Under the pieces are notes generated by a model that did no database searches, was not told the origin of the DNA, and worked only from the letters and a program-made list of their open reading frames with translations. A stretch of DNA of 62,777 bases, counting the filler, from Circinaria calcarea (lineage: Eukaryota): the NCBI GenBank assembly GCA_051942165.1. It is 37 parts of 37 records of this genome, joined end to end, with 100 filler letters (N's around TTAATTAATTAA, not from the genome) between each part and the next. Parts side by side here need not be neighbours in the genome. Positions count along the whole stretch, not along the records: positions 45,974 to 47,567 come from JAVECS010004476.1; positions 47,668 to 49,259 come from JAVECS010004477.1; positions 49,360 to 50,950 come from JAVECS010004478.1; positions 51,051 to 52,641 come from JAVECS010004479.1; positions 52,742 to 54,332 come from JAVECS010004480.1; positions 54,433 to 56,022 come from JAVECS010004481.1; positions 56,123 to 57,711 come from JAVECS010004482.1; positions 57,812 to 59,400 come from JAVECS010004483.1; 29 more parts are not named here. One strand, 5' to 3'. A program made the translations under genes and the position numbers. Positions 46,907 to 58,881 of this stretch are shown piece by piece (position 1 is the stretch's first letter; each line of letters opens with the position of its first letter).

Positions 46907-47667
46907 GACTGGGTAGGAATTTAAGGAGGGAGGGATGTATAGATAGGGTTCGCATGATGCGTCTTCTCAATGGGACTTCTCTTAGGATCTGTCGTTACGT
47001 TATGTCTATAATGGCGTGCTCAGCGAGATTCTTCAAAGTAATAATATTTACTAATACTAGGTGAGATGTAGTAAACTATATGGATAAGTGACAGCTTTTG
47101 GGTTTGATGCCGGTATTTCCTTGCCTGGATTAGACTTTGTATATGGACCTGACTCGAGGTCTTCCCTAACTTGAACTCGTCCAGTTGGGGGGTTTAGTTC
47201 TCCTTTGTTATGCTCGGAGGATGTTAGGTAGGCCCGGAATAACAGTGCTCCCAGCCAATCAATATTCGTCTGCCAGGCAACCCCCGCCTGGCTTTACATA
47301 GCTCCATTGTACATCCACAACGGAGCTATGTTATGCTAGTGGACCTAGTGTGGGCCAATACGAATGCACAGTTTCTGCCAGCTTGGCCCCCGTGCTTTAT
47401 AGCATCGGTCTTAGCCCATCGGTGCCGTGTTCCCGAGCATAACACATTTCTAGCCAAAAAAACCTAAACCCCCCAAGTTTCTGTCAATATCGTTTAACAA
47501 AAAACCTGCAATCGAGGGGGGGGACGGGGAAGCCATTGCCAATGAAAGATAGCTAAATATCAACATGNNNNNNNNNNNNNNNNNNNNNNNNNNNNNNNNN
47601 NNNNNNNNNNNTTAATTAATTAANNNNNNNNNNNNNNNNNNNNNNNNNNNNNNNNNNNNNNNNNNNN

Positions 47668-49220
47668 CTGACATCCCCTTACAACCCTCCACAGCGCGGC
47701 CAACCAGCCCAGCATGCCCCCCTCCGTATCACTGCGATAACACTCCCCCATGACCCCTTTGATCGCCTCCGTCGCCTCGGCGGCATGATAAAAGGGTATG
47801 GTGGAGACGTAGTGGTGGAGGACGTGGGTTTCGATGACGGAGTGGAAGAGGTGGCGGCCAATGAAGCCGAAATCGCGGTCGATGGTGGCGGCGGCGCCGC
47901 GGGTGAAGGTCCAGGCTTTGGGTGTGTAGTGCGGGAGGGAGGGGTCGGTGTGTTGGAGGTAGGCGATGGCGACTATTAGTTGGGGGGGAATGGGGTGGTT
48001 AGTGGATGAGGAGAGGAGTAAAGGTAGGGGTAGAGAGGAATAGGAATGTATTGGGGAAGGAGGGGGGATTTTGAAACTGGGGAGGAGTTTGGGAAAGGAG
48101 AAGGATCGGGAAAGGGAAAAGGGAACGTACCGAGCCAGTGGTTGACCCATAGATAAGGGATAAAGTACCAGACAAAGAGATTTGCCCAACCGAATCTCTG
48201 GCCTAGGTAGTAGAGTATACTGCCGGCGACGGCCAAGCCAATATCGCTCCAGATAACCAGTCTTCTATCTTTGTCCGCGAACAAAGGGCTGCTTGGATCG
48301 AAATGGTTGACCCCTCCGCCCAGGCCGTTATGCTTGCCGATGCCACGACCCTCCCGCTGCGTTGCATGGTTGTCATGCCCACCCTCGTTGGCTAACAAGT
48401 AATATGGCCAGCCTATCAGTAATAGACCCAACAGCTCTAGTGCCGACCAGATTGGCGTTTCTTCGGCTAACTCCGACAATTCGTGACCGAGTTTTCCCAT
48501 CCGAGTTGCATATACTTCTCGAGTTTTGGGTACGAGGACCATGTCTCGAGCCAGGTTGCCGGTATACGCATGATGTTTCGAGTGGGATAGCTTGAATGAG
48601 AAATATGGTACCAAGAGCGCGGAGTGCAAGATCCAGCCCGTAATGTCATTGAGAGACCTCGATTCCGAAAATGCCTGATGTCCGCATTCGTGTGCCAGTA
48701 CCCAGACTCCGGTACCGTAGAAGCCTTGAAGCAATGTGTACAGACTCCAAAGGGCAAAGCGAGTGAGTGCTGATGGGAAAGCCGTAGGGGTCACGTAGTT
48801 GTGGAATAGATAGAATGTAGAAGTTAGAAGTGATATGTCCCTAGCTATGTAAAGAAACCCACGCAAAGCCGATTTCTGGTAGCAATGAGCTGGTATTGCA
48901 TCTCTTATCTCTTTGGTCGTATATTTCGGTAATTTAAACTCTTTGCCATAAGCATCAACGAGAGTGGCCTCGGATGGCAGGGCTTCCTTTCCCATCAGGA
49001 CGTCTTTAGTCTCTGTCATGGAAGAAGACAATGAACCCCGGGCGGAGTCTGAATTGCATGGGACCTCCCTGGCTCGAAGGAACTGGGTCGTGGTGGTTGA
49101 TGATACTCCAGGCATGGGGACCATTTCCAAATTAGGAGGAACCTCTTTAACCTTCGCAACTGAGCGGATCAGAATTGTATATAACATTACAACGCGCTCG
49201 GAAAGAGCAAAAGACAGCAT
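47668..49220 (-). CDS. Delta-12 (oleate) fatty-acid desaturase family protein, 3'-partial; start Met uncertain
   Basis: His boxes HECGH, HSKHH and HVLHH, plus IRDAIPAHC, NHWL|VAIAYLQHTDP and TIDRDFGFIG. Intron 47973-48130. Confidence 0.93.
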
Positions 49221-49359
49221 GGCTAGCTATACTGATGAAGGAGCTTATCAAATATATAGNNNNNNNNNNNNNNNNNNNNNNNNNNNNNNNNNNNNNNNNN
49301 NNNTTAATTAATTAANNNNNNNNNNNNNNNNNNNNNNNNNNNNNNNNNNNNNNNNNNNN

Positions 49360-49760
49360 ATTTTTATGAAGCTAATCGGATCTGATATAGAAAACATAAA
49401 AAAATCATAGCTTAGGAAACCAAAATGAGTGAGAAATAAAGATCGTCCGATGCTTATGCCACTGACTTTCAACTCTTTATTTGAACCCCTTTCTTTTTCG
49501 CCTCTCCGCAACCTTATTTTATTGATCAAGACATGTTATAAGACGCTGTTGAATAGCGTTAAAAACTTAACGGAGAAACCGCCGAGAGGGACCCTATAAC
49601 TAGGAAATCTGTCGAAGAAGTCTGTATAAAGATTACGGAGGGAATAATAATATAAGGCGAAGGCTGAAGAAGAAATTAAAGCTAAAAGGGAAAAAACCGC
49701 AGCTGCTGCCGAAGCAACCATTAAAATAAAAGCTGAAAGGGGCGCAATAGTAGTTCCTTC
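49360..49760. repeat. RIP-like degenerate repeat relic
   Basis: TpA-rich and CpA/TpG-poor with CCG retained; broken reading frames. Confidence 0.5.
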
Positions 49761-50173
49761 GCCCTTTATTGACGTAAATGATCAGTTCGGTCCAGGGACG
49801 CTGTGGGGAGGGAATTTATATATTAATAGAATGGAAGGATGGGGCAGGTGTTTCTACCTATTCGAATACACCCCATAGTATTGGTAATTGGTTTATTGGT
49901 CAAGCAGGGTGTCACGAGGTCCCCCCGCGACTTCCATGGGTGGCCTGCGACTTCCACGGAAGTCGCAGGCCACAGCGAGATGTATATTAAAGGGAAATAG
50001 AGAATATCAAGAAACCTTACCACCTTGACACAGGGAGTAGTGAGTACATATGTGGATTTATGAATCGGAAGGCGCGTAGAGTAATACTACCTACTTTCGA
50101 ACCACCACTAATGGGATATGCTTAAATAAGGGGTAATATATTTATACAAAAAAAGTCTTTCTGCTAATACTGC

Positions 50174-50950
50174 TCACGCCCCTTGTGCAGCAGACGTCCG
50201 AACGCCCCCAACCCGTAAAACTGTTTTGATGTCTTGTTCACAGCTTGGGCCATGTCTTGATAGACCCCACCGGTGAATCTCATTAACCCAGTCCACCAGA
50301 TCCCTTACCCCATACTCGTCCGTACAATCCGCCCCGTAGAGCCTTCTCATGGTGCATCCGGTCCAGCATCCGTCCGCTCCAACGGGTGCAACCTGGAGCA
50401 TCCAGATGTCGAACAGTGGACCCACAAACGTCAAGGCGTAATGCCTAAGCCGACCTGTATGGTCCGAGTTGCAGTCCCGCGTCGACGCCTTGAGGGCATC
50501 ATTCCTCAGTCGATATCGATTATAGAGGGCTAAAGAGCCAGCGGCAGCAACCTGATTTATAGCCACAGATTGCCCATCCCCATCCCTCTTAAACTCCACC
50601 GTAAAATAAGGGCATGTGATCCTGTTGTTGACCACATAAGCAGCATTGCGCAGATGGCCTCCTCGATATCTCGGATTGAATGCTCTAAGAGACAGCCAAT
50701 AGCTACAGTCAGGTCGGAGGTCGAAGCTCCAGTCAGTCCCTTGGCGGCCCTCAAGTACTGGGGGGATTTGCCAGAGCATATCATCGTCCGGTATAGCAAC
50801 GAGCTGGAGCATCCTTTCAGCGCGCCATTGCCGATCTTCAGGCACCTTGACGGATCGACGCTCCCGTTTAAAAATGTTCTCTTTTGCAAAGGAAGCAAAT
50901 TCTTCCTCGCAGAGATTCAAATTGCGCATTGCCAAATACTCCTCCGTTAT
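50174..50950 (-). CDS. Uncharacterised fungal protein with a PD-(D/E)xK nuclease-like motif, 5'-partial
   Basis: Intact frame of about 259 codons containing DLRPDCSYW...CPYFTVEFKRD...AINQVAAAGSLALYNR...RHYALTF...DWVNEIHRWG. Confidence 0.7.
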   Translation of the reverse strand: MTEEYLAMRNLNLCEEEFASFAKENIFKRERRSVKVPEDRQWRAERMLQLVAIPDDDMLWQIPPVLEGRQGTDWSFDLRPDCSYWLSLRAFNPRYRGGHLRNAAYVVNNRITCPYFTVEFKRDGDGQSVAINQVAAAGSLALYNRYRLRNDALKASTRDCNSDHTGRLRHYALTFVGPLFDIWMLQVAPVGADGCWTGCTMRRLYGADCTDEYGVRDLVDWVNEIHRWGLSRHGPSCEQDIKTVLRVGGVRTSAAQGA

Positions 50951-52295
50951 NNNNNNNNNNNNNNNNNNNNNNNNNNNNNNNNNNNNNNNNNNNNTTAATT
51001 AATTAANNNNNNNNNNNNNNNNNNNNNNNNNNNNNNNNNNNNNNNNNNNNATACGGACCACCGACGAGATAGCTGATCGTGCATCTGTGGGGCCACTGGA
51101 GCTGTTCGATTCCACCAAGGAAGCCATTGTTGTCGGTCGCTGGAATGCTTCACAATAGATTGTATCACAGGACTGGGAATGCCAGAAAGAAGAGAGAGAC
51201 AAGGCGGATGCAAGGGGGTTTAAACCACGAATAACCGCTTAGCTAGTCTGAACACTTGACCATCCGATGACTGACTCTGGTGGTAAATGATGAGAAGAGA
51301 AGGAGAAAGAGAGACATAAGGGCTGATAAGGATGGAGCAGCATTGTAGTTTGCGGGTGGCAAAGTCGAACTACGCACAAACCACGCACAAACCACACAGA
51401 AAGCAATACGCACAAATGGCGCGCCGATGGTGTGAGCATCGGGCGCCAGCACAACCTCTGATTCATAACCAGCTTATCATGAATCTCTAGAACAGCCTAT
51501 GTGAATCTCTGGTTGCCATTGTCGAGGCAAAAAGCGATGGGCCTTCTCTGACGAGAGAAAATATCGCAGAGGGAGGAAACGCTAAGGACTTTTGTTCAAA
51601 AAGACGACACCTCGAAAGCGATGTCGTACACAAGGCTAAAAGGCATTGCCAATGGAAAGGAAGGAAATCAGTAAGCACTTTGGGCGTCTTCCATGCACTG
51701 CATAGACTTGGTATTATCCTAGAACCGCAAGTAATCAATGTTGTTCAGTGGTAAGCAGTCTACATTGATTCCGGCAGGGAATTTTACTTTCTTTAGCTGC
51801 TGGCAATTTAAGATCTTATTCCCAATAGAGGTGTTGCAACCGTTAGAAGAAAATCCCCTGTTTAACATGTAGCAACTTGCAGGTTTTCTTTGCACGCACA
51901 GAATATATTCCAATGGTAACGAGAGAATTGTAGTATCATTATTGATGCGCCGATTCGAACACACGGCGTTTTCCCTCTTTTCTCGGCGCCCACCATCCCA
52001 TCGCGAAGCAATAAGTGGATTTGGGTGAGTCAGGTCTACCCCACCTACGCCAAAATACATCGTTTCTTTTCCACTTTGGCTCCCACTGCGACAAACAAAC
52101 CACACTGATATCCACATCACTTCGCATTCATTGGGCATTGACCCTTATTGTTTACGTTAGGGCTTGAACAATGACGCTTCTCTGCTAGAGCTGTATTGTA
52201 TCGACCGCAAGAAAAGAGCCGTGGGAGCGATGCAGCGACATGTTGTACCACCCTTCTCACACATTTCATCATAACAGATTGGCACCCCCAAAATC

Positions 52296-52641
52296 ATGTC
52301 GACCAAGACTAAACCGGTACTGAAGCAGCAGCCAAAGCGTGTTCCTCGAGTTCGATTAGACAGTATCAAAAACCCTCAGCCTCGACCGCTTCCCCAAGCG
52401 GCCAGGCAGGCTACTCCGCCTCCCAGTCAGCGAAATATTGTACCCTCCTGTACTAATGTATCCTGTGATGAAAGCGACGTTGCCAGTGAGAACGGCCAGC
52501 TGCTATGCCGCAACTGTGGGACGGTGATTCGGGATGAGCAGATAACCTCCGAGGTCACCTTCGGCGAAACGTCGACTGGCGCTGCCGTCCTGCAGGGTTC
52601 CTACGTTGGTGCCGACCAAAGCTACTCTCGTCTCAACGCGC
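52296..52641 (+). CDS. BRF1: TFIIIB 70-kDa subunit Brf1, N-terminus
   Basis: Zinc ribbon C..C..LCRNCGTVI followed by ITSEVTFGETSTGAAVLQGSYVG, diagnostic for Brf1. Confidence 0.92.
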
Positions 52642-53081
52642 NNNNNNNNNNNNNNNNNNNNNNNNNNNNNNNNNNNNNNNNNNNNTTAATTAATTAANNN
52701 NNNNNNNNNNNNNNNNNNNNNNNNNNNNNNNNNNNNNNNNNGAATCTTCATTTATTTACTTTTAACACACGAAAACGAAGTGTAAGGGCGCTACAATCCT
52801 TGGGGCCTATTGAGGAATATGATAAGTCCCGATTGGTAATAGCACGGTTACATAGGGTGTAGTTGAACTGTTGCCCTAGGCTTAATATAAAAGGAGTATA
52901 TTGAACTCGTTATGGTTCTATAAGCATACTATCTAAAGAGCGGCGATAGCCTGCTATATATAACACGTTACTCACCCTGCTCACCTTCATGAGCATACTG
53001 AGCAACCGGTCTTCTGGTATATCCGTTCCGGGGCTAGTCCCTTCTGGGCCTAGTACATGTCATGGTGCTGGCGCCATAACA

Positions 53082-53460
53082 CCCCCTCCCTCAATACACC
53101 TCACTTTCTACACCAGATAACTCAATGCGCCGTGGACGGATTTCGGATATTTTTAATTCATTAGAAAGCCTTGATTTAGGGCTTTCTAATAAATTAAAAA
53201 TAACCTCGATCAGAATAATTTTTATGATAATATTCTACTACGAGAATACTCGGTATAAGGCCTATATATGACTTCTGCTTTTTAAACTTTAATATACGAA
53301 ATATGTTTTATATAAGATAATTTAATAAGCCGTAAACGGATCTTAAATATTTTTAATTTGTTGAAAAGCCTTAAATCAGGGCTTTCTAACGAATTAAATA
53401 TCCGTCCGCGGCGCATTGAGTTATCTGGTGTAGAAAGTGAGGTGTATAGAGGGAAGGGGG
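53082..53460. mobile_element. Foldback/MITE-like element with inverted arms of about 120 bp
   Basis: TACACCTCACTTTCTACACCAGATAACTCAATGCGCCG (53095) is the exact reverse complement of CGGCGCATTGAGTTATCTGGTGTAGAAAGTGAGGTGTA (ending 53446). Similarity extends inward to about 53200/53350 around an AT-rich spacer. Confidence 0.8.
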
Positions 53461-54109
53461 TATGCGAGTATATAGGGGGGTATGCGAGTAAAAAATAGCA
53501 TGTTCGGGGGGTATGGCAGTAATTCGCCGATAAAGTAAACATTTCGGTGATTTCGTGTGGCTATGTAAACAATGTATGTAACAATCCATTAGGTGATAAG
53601 CTACCAGAACAATCGCTTCCATCACATTACTCGCTTGTGCGCTGATACCCGCGTGTGTTGGTGACTCGAAAGGGCAACTCCGAACCGCGCGGCGGACCGT
53701 GTTCGATCGCCTAACCCTAGCTTCTAAAGTCTGTGGTAACATAGGCTATCTCTCATGGATCAGGTAGGTGTAAGCTCATGTTACGGTACCTTATGCATCA
53801 TTCCCCACCCCTGTCGTTGGCTTCGAGATCGGGGGCGAGGTTACGACTTTAATGGTAGACTTTTAGTGCCTTGGCGACAATGATGGTAGACCGTGACAGA
53901 TATGGTAGACCTCGCCTAATAGTCTGTGTTTTAATACCAAGTGATAATATAATTTTATATGTAAACACAGTTGAATAGTATGGGTGAATATCACTACACG
54001 ACCTATTGGTGGAACCATTATTGCATTGAAGGTTATCTGACTAGCTACGCTCTGCTGGCAGAGATATACTACCATTATTACGCTAAGCCCTATTAGGTGC
54101 CATAACTAT

Positions 54110-54332
54110 AATCATAGTAATTAACTATTCAAAATATACTGTATTTCAATTTTTCCATTCGGCGCACTTCCGATAATTAGCTTCTATTATTAATAAATCC
54201 TAATTAATTTAAAAAATATTTAAAATTCTATTTCGGTAATAATTTAATTAATTTATTAATAATTATTTCTTTGCTGAGTATGAATTTTATTTTAATTTTT
54301 TTTTTATATAAATTACGAATATAATAATAAAT
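54110..54332. repeat. AT-rich RIP-like relic
   Basis: Very high AT, TpA-rich. Confidence 0.7.
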
Positions 54333-55611
54333 NNNNNNNNNNNNNNNNNNNNNNNNNNNNNNNNNNNNNNNNNNNNTTAATTAATTAANNNNNNNNNNNN
54401 NNNNNNNNNNNNNNNNNNNNNNNNNNNNNNNNGTATAGAAAGGCGTTATTCGGGGGAGTTGGGTGGGATGAAATAGAAAGATAGAAAGGGAGAAAGGGAT
54501 TAGAGCGCGTGGTGTAAGATCTCATATCAATACGACAGAAACCCCTCCCCTCCCCCTGAGTCCCCAAATCCAGACGCATCAGTTCGCCTTTTCCCATTCC
54601 CCTTGCTCCTTGAATGATGAATGATGAATGAGCCGGAAGAAAAAGCCCCGGGCTAATCGGGAGGGGGAGGAGAGGGGGGTTTATTAAACTACCAAACTCA
54701 CCCGCGTAATCCTTCCTTCTCGAGAAGCGGCTGCTTTCCCTCTTGACCCATAAAAAAGAGAGAGAAAAACCGAATGACACTTAGTGTCCTTACCCCTAGT
54801 TTAGTTCAGTTTAGTTCACAACCAAAGACCCGAACCCAAACCCAAACCCGAACTCGAAACCCCCTAGGTGAAAATCCCAACCACCGTTTGCACCGTGTGC
54901 GTGTCTGTAAAGCAAGAAGGGGGCTTATCATCTCCAAAACTACCTCAGGTACGGAGTTAACTCAAATGCCATACATATATACTACAGTATGGTAAGCCGG
55001 GCACGGGCGAGGCGAAGCATGGCAACTCCCAAACCCCCAACCCTCTCCTGCCCTATATCCCCCCTCCCAAAAAAGAAAAGAAAAGAAAGAAAAAATCAAC
55101 ATCTTACAAACCCTAATTACATCATTTGGCCCGGGGGGGGGGGGTGTTTTCTCCCCCTAAATCTCCGTTGGAGTAACTGGACGGAAGCTTCATTTGACAC
55201 AAACTATCTCGTCTGTCTCTATATAGACACCATAAAACGCTATAGATATAGACATGGATGGGAGTTTTTGATCTCGGGGTTTACTCGGAGCTACAAACCA
55301 CAACAGCCACGCCCCACTCCCCAAAAAGGGGGAGCCTCATTCCATTGAAGGTTTTTGGATATGCGATTCCCCGTGCCTTCGTTGCAATTTTCATCACTCA
55401 TTCTGTCTCTGGAGAATTATGGTGGCTCCTCCATACCGAGGCCGTCTGCTTCCTCCGTTTCACATTAAACATTGTAAATTCCGAGGGTAGTCCTCGGCCG
55501 CGGTTCGCTATCAATGCACCCCTTTAACTCCCTAATCCACGCTATGCACCATCATCAGACATGGACTCATCCGCTTTTGTTATTGCAGCCACATCATATA
55601 CATGGTAGAAA

Positions 55612-56022
55612 CTACCAGGCAGCTGTCAACCGACACATCCCATCAGAGTTCCAAGATAGTGGGACATCACTTACGTTCATTACAATCAACATTGGGATAT
55701 CGAAAACATCTCGCTTCACTGTCCAGCAATAGCTGCATTCGACCTTGCCATCTTGATCTCCCAATCCGTCGATTCCCGCTTCTCCACGAATTTCACCCTT
55801 ACCGTGCAATTGAGTACTCCTCTTACGCTTAACCTGCAACCCATTCCCGTCATCGCGTATCTTCGTTTCACCGGGACTTAGATCCACGTCTGCCTTTGTT
55901 TTGTACTTTAACAGCTTGCATTTGGTCGTGACGCTACCCCTGGGATCTCCAAAAGCAAGTCGAGCAAAATCCTCGTAGAATTCAATTACGCTGTCATCGT
56001 CAAGCAGCTCCGCCAGAAAGAC
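55612..56022 (-). CDS. Hypothetical protein, C-terminal fragment
   Basis: The frame is open from the contig end ([25 protein letters not shown]...[10 protein letters not shown]). A probable GTAAGT intron lies near the end. No family recognised. Confidence 0.4.
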   Translation of the reverse strand, partial: VFLAELLDDDSVIEFYEDFARLAFGDPRGSVTTKCKLLKYKTKADVDLSPGETKIRDDGNGLQVKRKRSTQLHGKGEIRGEAGIDGLGDQDGKVECSYCWTVKRDVFDIPMLIVMNVSDVPLSWNSDGMCRLTAAW

Positions 56023-56994
56023 NNNNNNNNNNNNNNNNNNNNNNNNNNNNNNNNNNNNNNNNNNNNTTAATTAATTAANNNNNNNNNNNNNNNNNNNNNN
56101 NNNNNNNNNNNNNNNNNNNNNNGTTTAAATATGGATGACCCATGCTCCATAGCTCCCCATGGCTCTCCGTGCTCTCCATTGTCTCCGATCGGTTACGTTA
56201 GCGAATCAGAGAAGCGAAACCGAATTACCCCCTTTCGTGTTTTTTTTCCCCCAACCTTTTTTCCCCCAAATCTTTACGGAGTACCGACGCAAGACCGAGG
56301 TTCGAAGGTGCGGAGAGCTGGAGACATGGGGGTTTCTACGGTGGCATGAATACTTGGCTCCCCCCCCCGCTTCTTCCCCGACCGGCCCTCTTCCCACCAG
56401 GGCGGTTTAATTTATTCTAGATTCCGATTCCATAGTTTGCAGATTACAGACTACGCCACGCCACGCCACGCCATGCTAACAGTATGCTCCGGTACGGGTA
56501 GGGTAGGGTATTGCAAGCGTGTGATGTGCTAATATTCGATGTGAAGAGAAGGAAGGGTTATCTATATCTAGTAAGTAGTAGCAAAACGCAAGAGTAGGCC
56601 GGTTGAGAGTTGAGAATCTGGATTACAAGTAAGATTACCTACTGGGCCTACTGGGTGGTTTGAAGCGGATCAAACGATTTGGTCTGGTTTGGTTTGATTT
56701 GATTTGGGTGGACACACTGGTTTGAAAAAAAAGTTCCCAATCTCTTCTACAACCCTTAGGTACATCTAGTTAGTGGCTAGTTAGGGACTAATCTAAACTA
56801 GAAAAAAGGGCGCCTCTCGACTTTCGCATGGTTTTGTTCCTTTCTTTTTTTTCTTTCGTAAACCTCATGCATTCATAATTCTCGTCCCGTTTGGTAAAAA
56901 CGCCAGCGCTATGCTATGCTCCAACCCCTCCCCCCAAAACACCAGCAACAACCTCCTTCTGCCATTTGTTATTTCCTCAACGCACAGCAACCCC

Positions 56995-57711
56995 TTAAAG
57001 CTTAAATACCGCAGTCTTACTCGTAATTCCATCGAAAACGCAGGTGTTATCAACAGGTATATACTGCTTGGTAATCACCTTGATGACCTCCTGCGCTACC
57101 ATCCCACCCGTCAACGCCGAGATATTATGCAACTCTGCACCGTTGGCACGGCCGAGTTCGGCGATGATGGGTTGGAGTCTGGTTGTTGCGGCTTCCATGT
57201 CGAAGGCGCCGCCAGATTTCTCAATGTGGTTTAGGAAGCGGTTGGCGTAGTCTTCCATAAAGTGCGTATATTTGGTATTGGGTAGATCAGAGGGTTCGGA
57301 GTCTCCAGTGTCTGTAGGGAGGCCTGTTGCTCTGGTTTCGAGAAATTGGTCGTATGCTAACATGGAGATGTAGATGGGGATCAGAGAGCTCTCGTCTTCG
57401 ATTTCCTGGCTTAGATACTTTGCTCGATCTGCAAATCCAAACTGCGTGGGTTTACTATTCTCGGATTTCTCGTGCGAATGATTCGCCTTCCCTGCAAAGT
57501 ACGTGGATTCCGGTTCAATGCCTACACGTATCGGCTTGCCCTTGACCAGCTTGACGTGAGCAGCTCCTTTACAGAAAGCCTCAATTTCTTTGTCGTCGAC
57601 CCCTGTATGCCTCCCGAGTTGCTTCTCCAAAGCCCGTACTTCACGAGTAACCTCCGCTAGATCTTTCCGAGCTTTTGTCTTGTAGATGTTCTGTAACTGA
57701 ATGTAATCGGC
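56995..57711 (-). CDS. ULA1: NEDD8-activating enzyme E1 regulatory subunit (APP-BP1/Ula1), C-terminal part
   Basis: ADYIQLQNIYKTKARKD..EIEAFCKGAAHVKLVKG...ELHNISALTGGMVAQEVIKVITKQYIPVDNTCVFDGI. Confidence 0.93.
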   Translation of the reverse strand, partial: ADYIQLQNIYKTKARKDLAEVTREVRALEKQLGRHTGVDDKEIEAFCKGAAHVKLVKGKPIRVGIEPESTYFAGKANHSHEKSENSKPTQFGFADRAKYLSQEIEDESSLIPIYISMLAYDQFLETRATGLPTDTGDSEPSDLPNTKYTHFMEDYANRFLNHIEKSGGAFDMEAATTRLQPIIAELGRANGAELHNISALTGGMVAQEVIKVITKQYIPVDNTCVFDGITSKTAVFKL

Positions 57712-57897
57712 NNNNNNNNNNNNNNNNNNNNNNNNNNNNNNNNNNNNNNNNNNNNTTAATTAATTAANNNNNNNNNNNNNNNNNNNNNNNNNNNNNNNNN
57801 NNNNNNNNNNNGTCAATGACTGAATCTGCAGAACGGCAGATCATATTGCCAAAAGCAATCCCTGAAACCCCTACTAACCCCAGCCTTCTCTTGAAGA

Positions 57898-58881
57898 GTA
57901 GCCAGACTACCGAGGCATTGAAGGACATTGCTTTTGGATCTGTAAGACCATACTCTCCCCTCTATTCTCTTCCGCGCTAAAACGTTACTCCAGACAGCGG
58001 GCATCATCGGCAAGTTCATCGAGTACCCTTTTGACACTGTCAAGGTCCGCCTGCAATCCCAACCCGAGAACCTTCCTCTTCGCTATTCAGGTCCCTTGGA
58101 CTGCTTCCGTCAATCCTTCCGCAGCGAAGGCATTCCCGGCCTATACCGGGGTATAAGTGCCCCTCTATTCGGTGCCGCAATCGAAACTAGCAGCTTATTC
58201 TTCAGCTATCGTGTTGCTCAAAACGTACTACAAGGCTTCTTCATAGCAAACGATAAGAAGGATGGCCCTCTATCCTTGAGTGCGTTGGTAGCGTGCGGGG
58301 GAGCCAGCGGGGCTTTTACAAGTATACTACTTACACCTATCGAACTGGTCAAATGCCAGATGCAGATTCCTCTGTCTACGACGTACCAAAGAGCAGTTAG
58401 TCCTCTAGCTATAGTAGCGTCAGTGTATCGCCATCACGGACTTCTAGGCTTCTGGCATGGGCAACTGGGAACGCTAATCCGGGAGACCGGCGGTTCGGCC
58501 GCTTGGTTTGGCAGCTACGAGAGCGTATCAGCGCTCTTGCGGGTTCATGCCAATTCCAACTCCTCCTCTACATCAGAACAAGCTCTTCATGCTCAGCCGC
58601 TTCCCATCTGGCAGCAAATGCTCGCCGGCGCAACAGCAGGGGTAAGCTACAACTTCGTCTTCTACCCCGCCGATACCATCAAATCGCGGATGCAGACGGA
58701 AGATGTGTCGGCCGTCTTGAACGGCAGAAGGAAGACCTTCTGGGCGGTAGGGAAGGCTTTATGGCGGCAACAGGGCCTACGGGGGCTTTATCGGGGGTGC
58801 GGTATCACGGTGGCGAGATCGGCACCGAGCTCGGCGTTTATCTTTGCGGTATACGAGGGATTGAAGGGCTGGTTTGGTTAG
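57898..58881 (+). CDS. ORT1: Mitochondrial ornithine carrier (Ort1/ARG-13-like), 5'-partial
   Basis: [56 protein letters not shown] and [11 protein letters not shown] give three carrier repeats. Intron 57942-57993. Confidence 0.9.
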
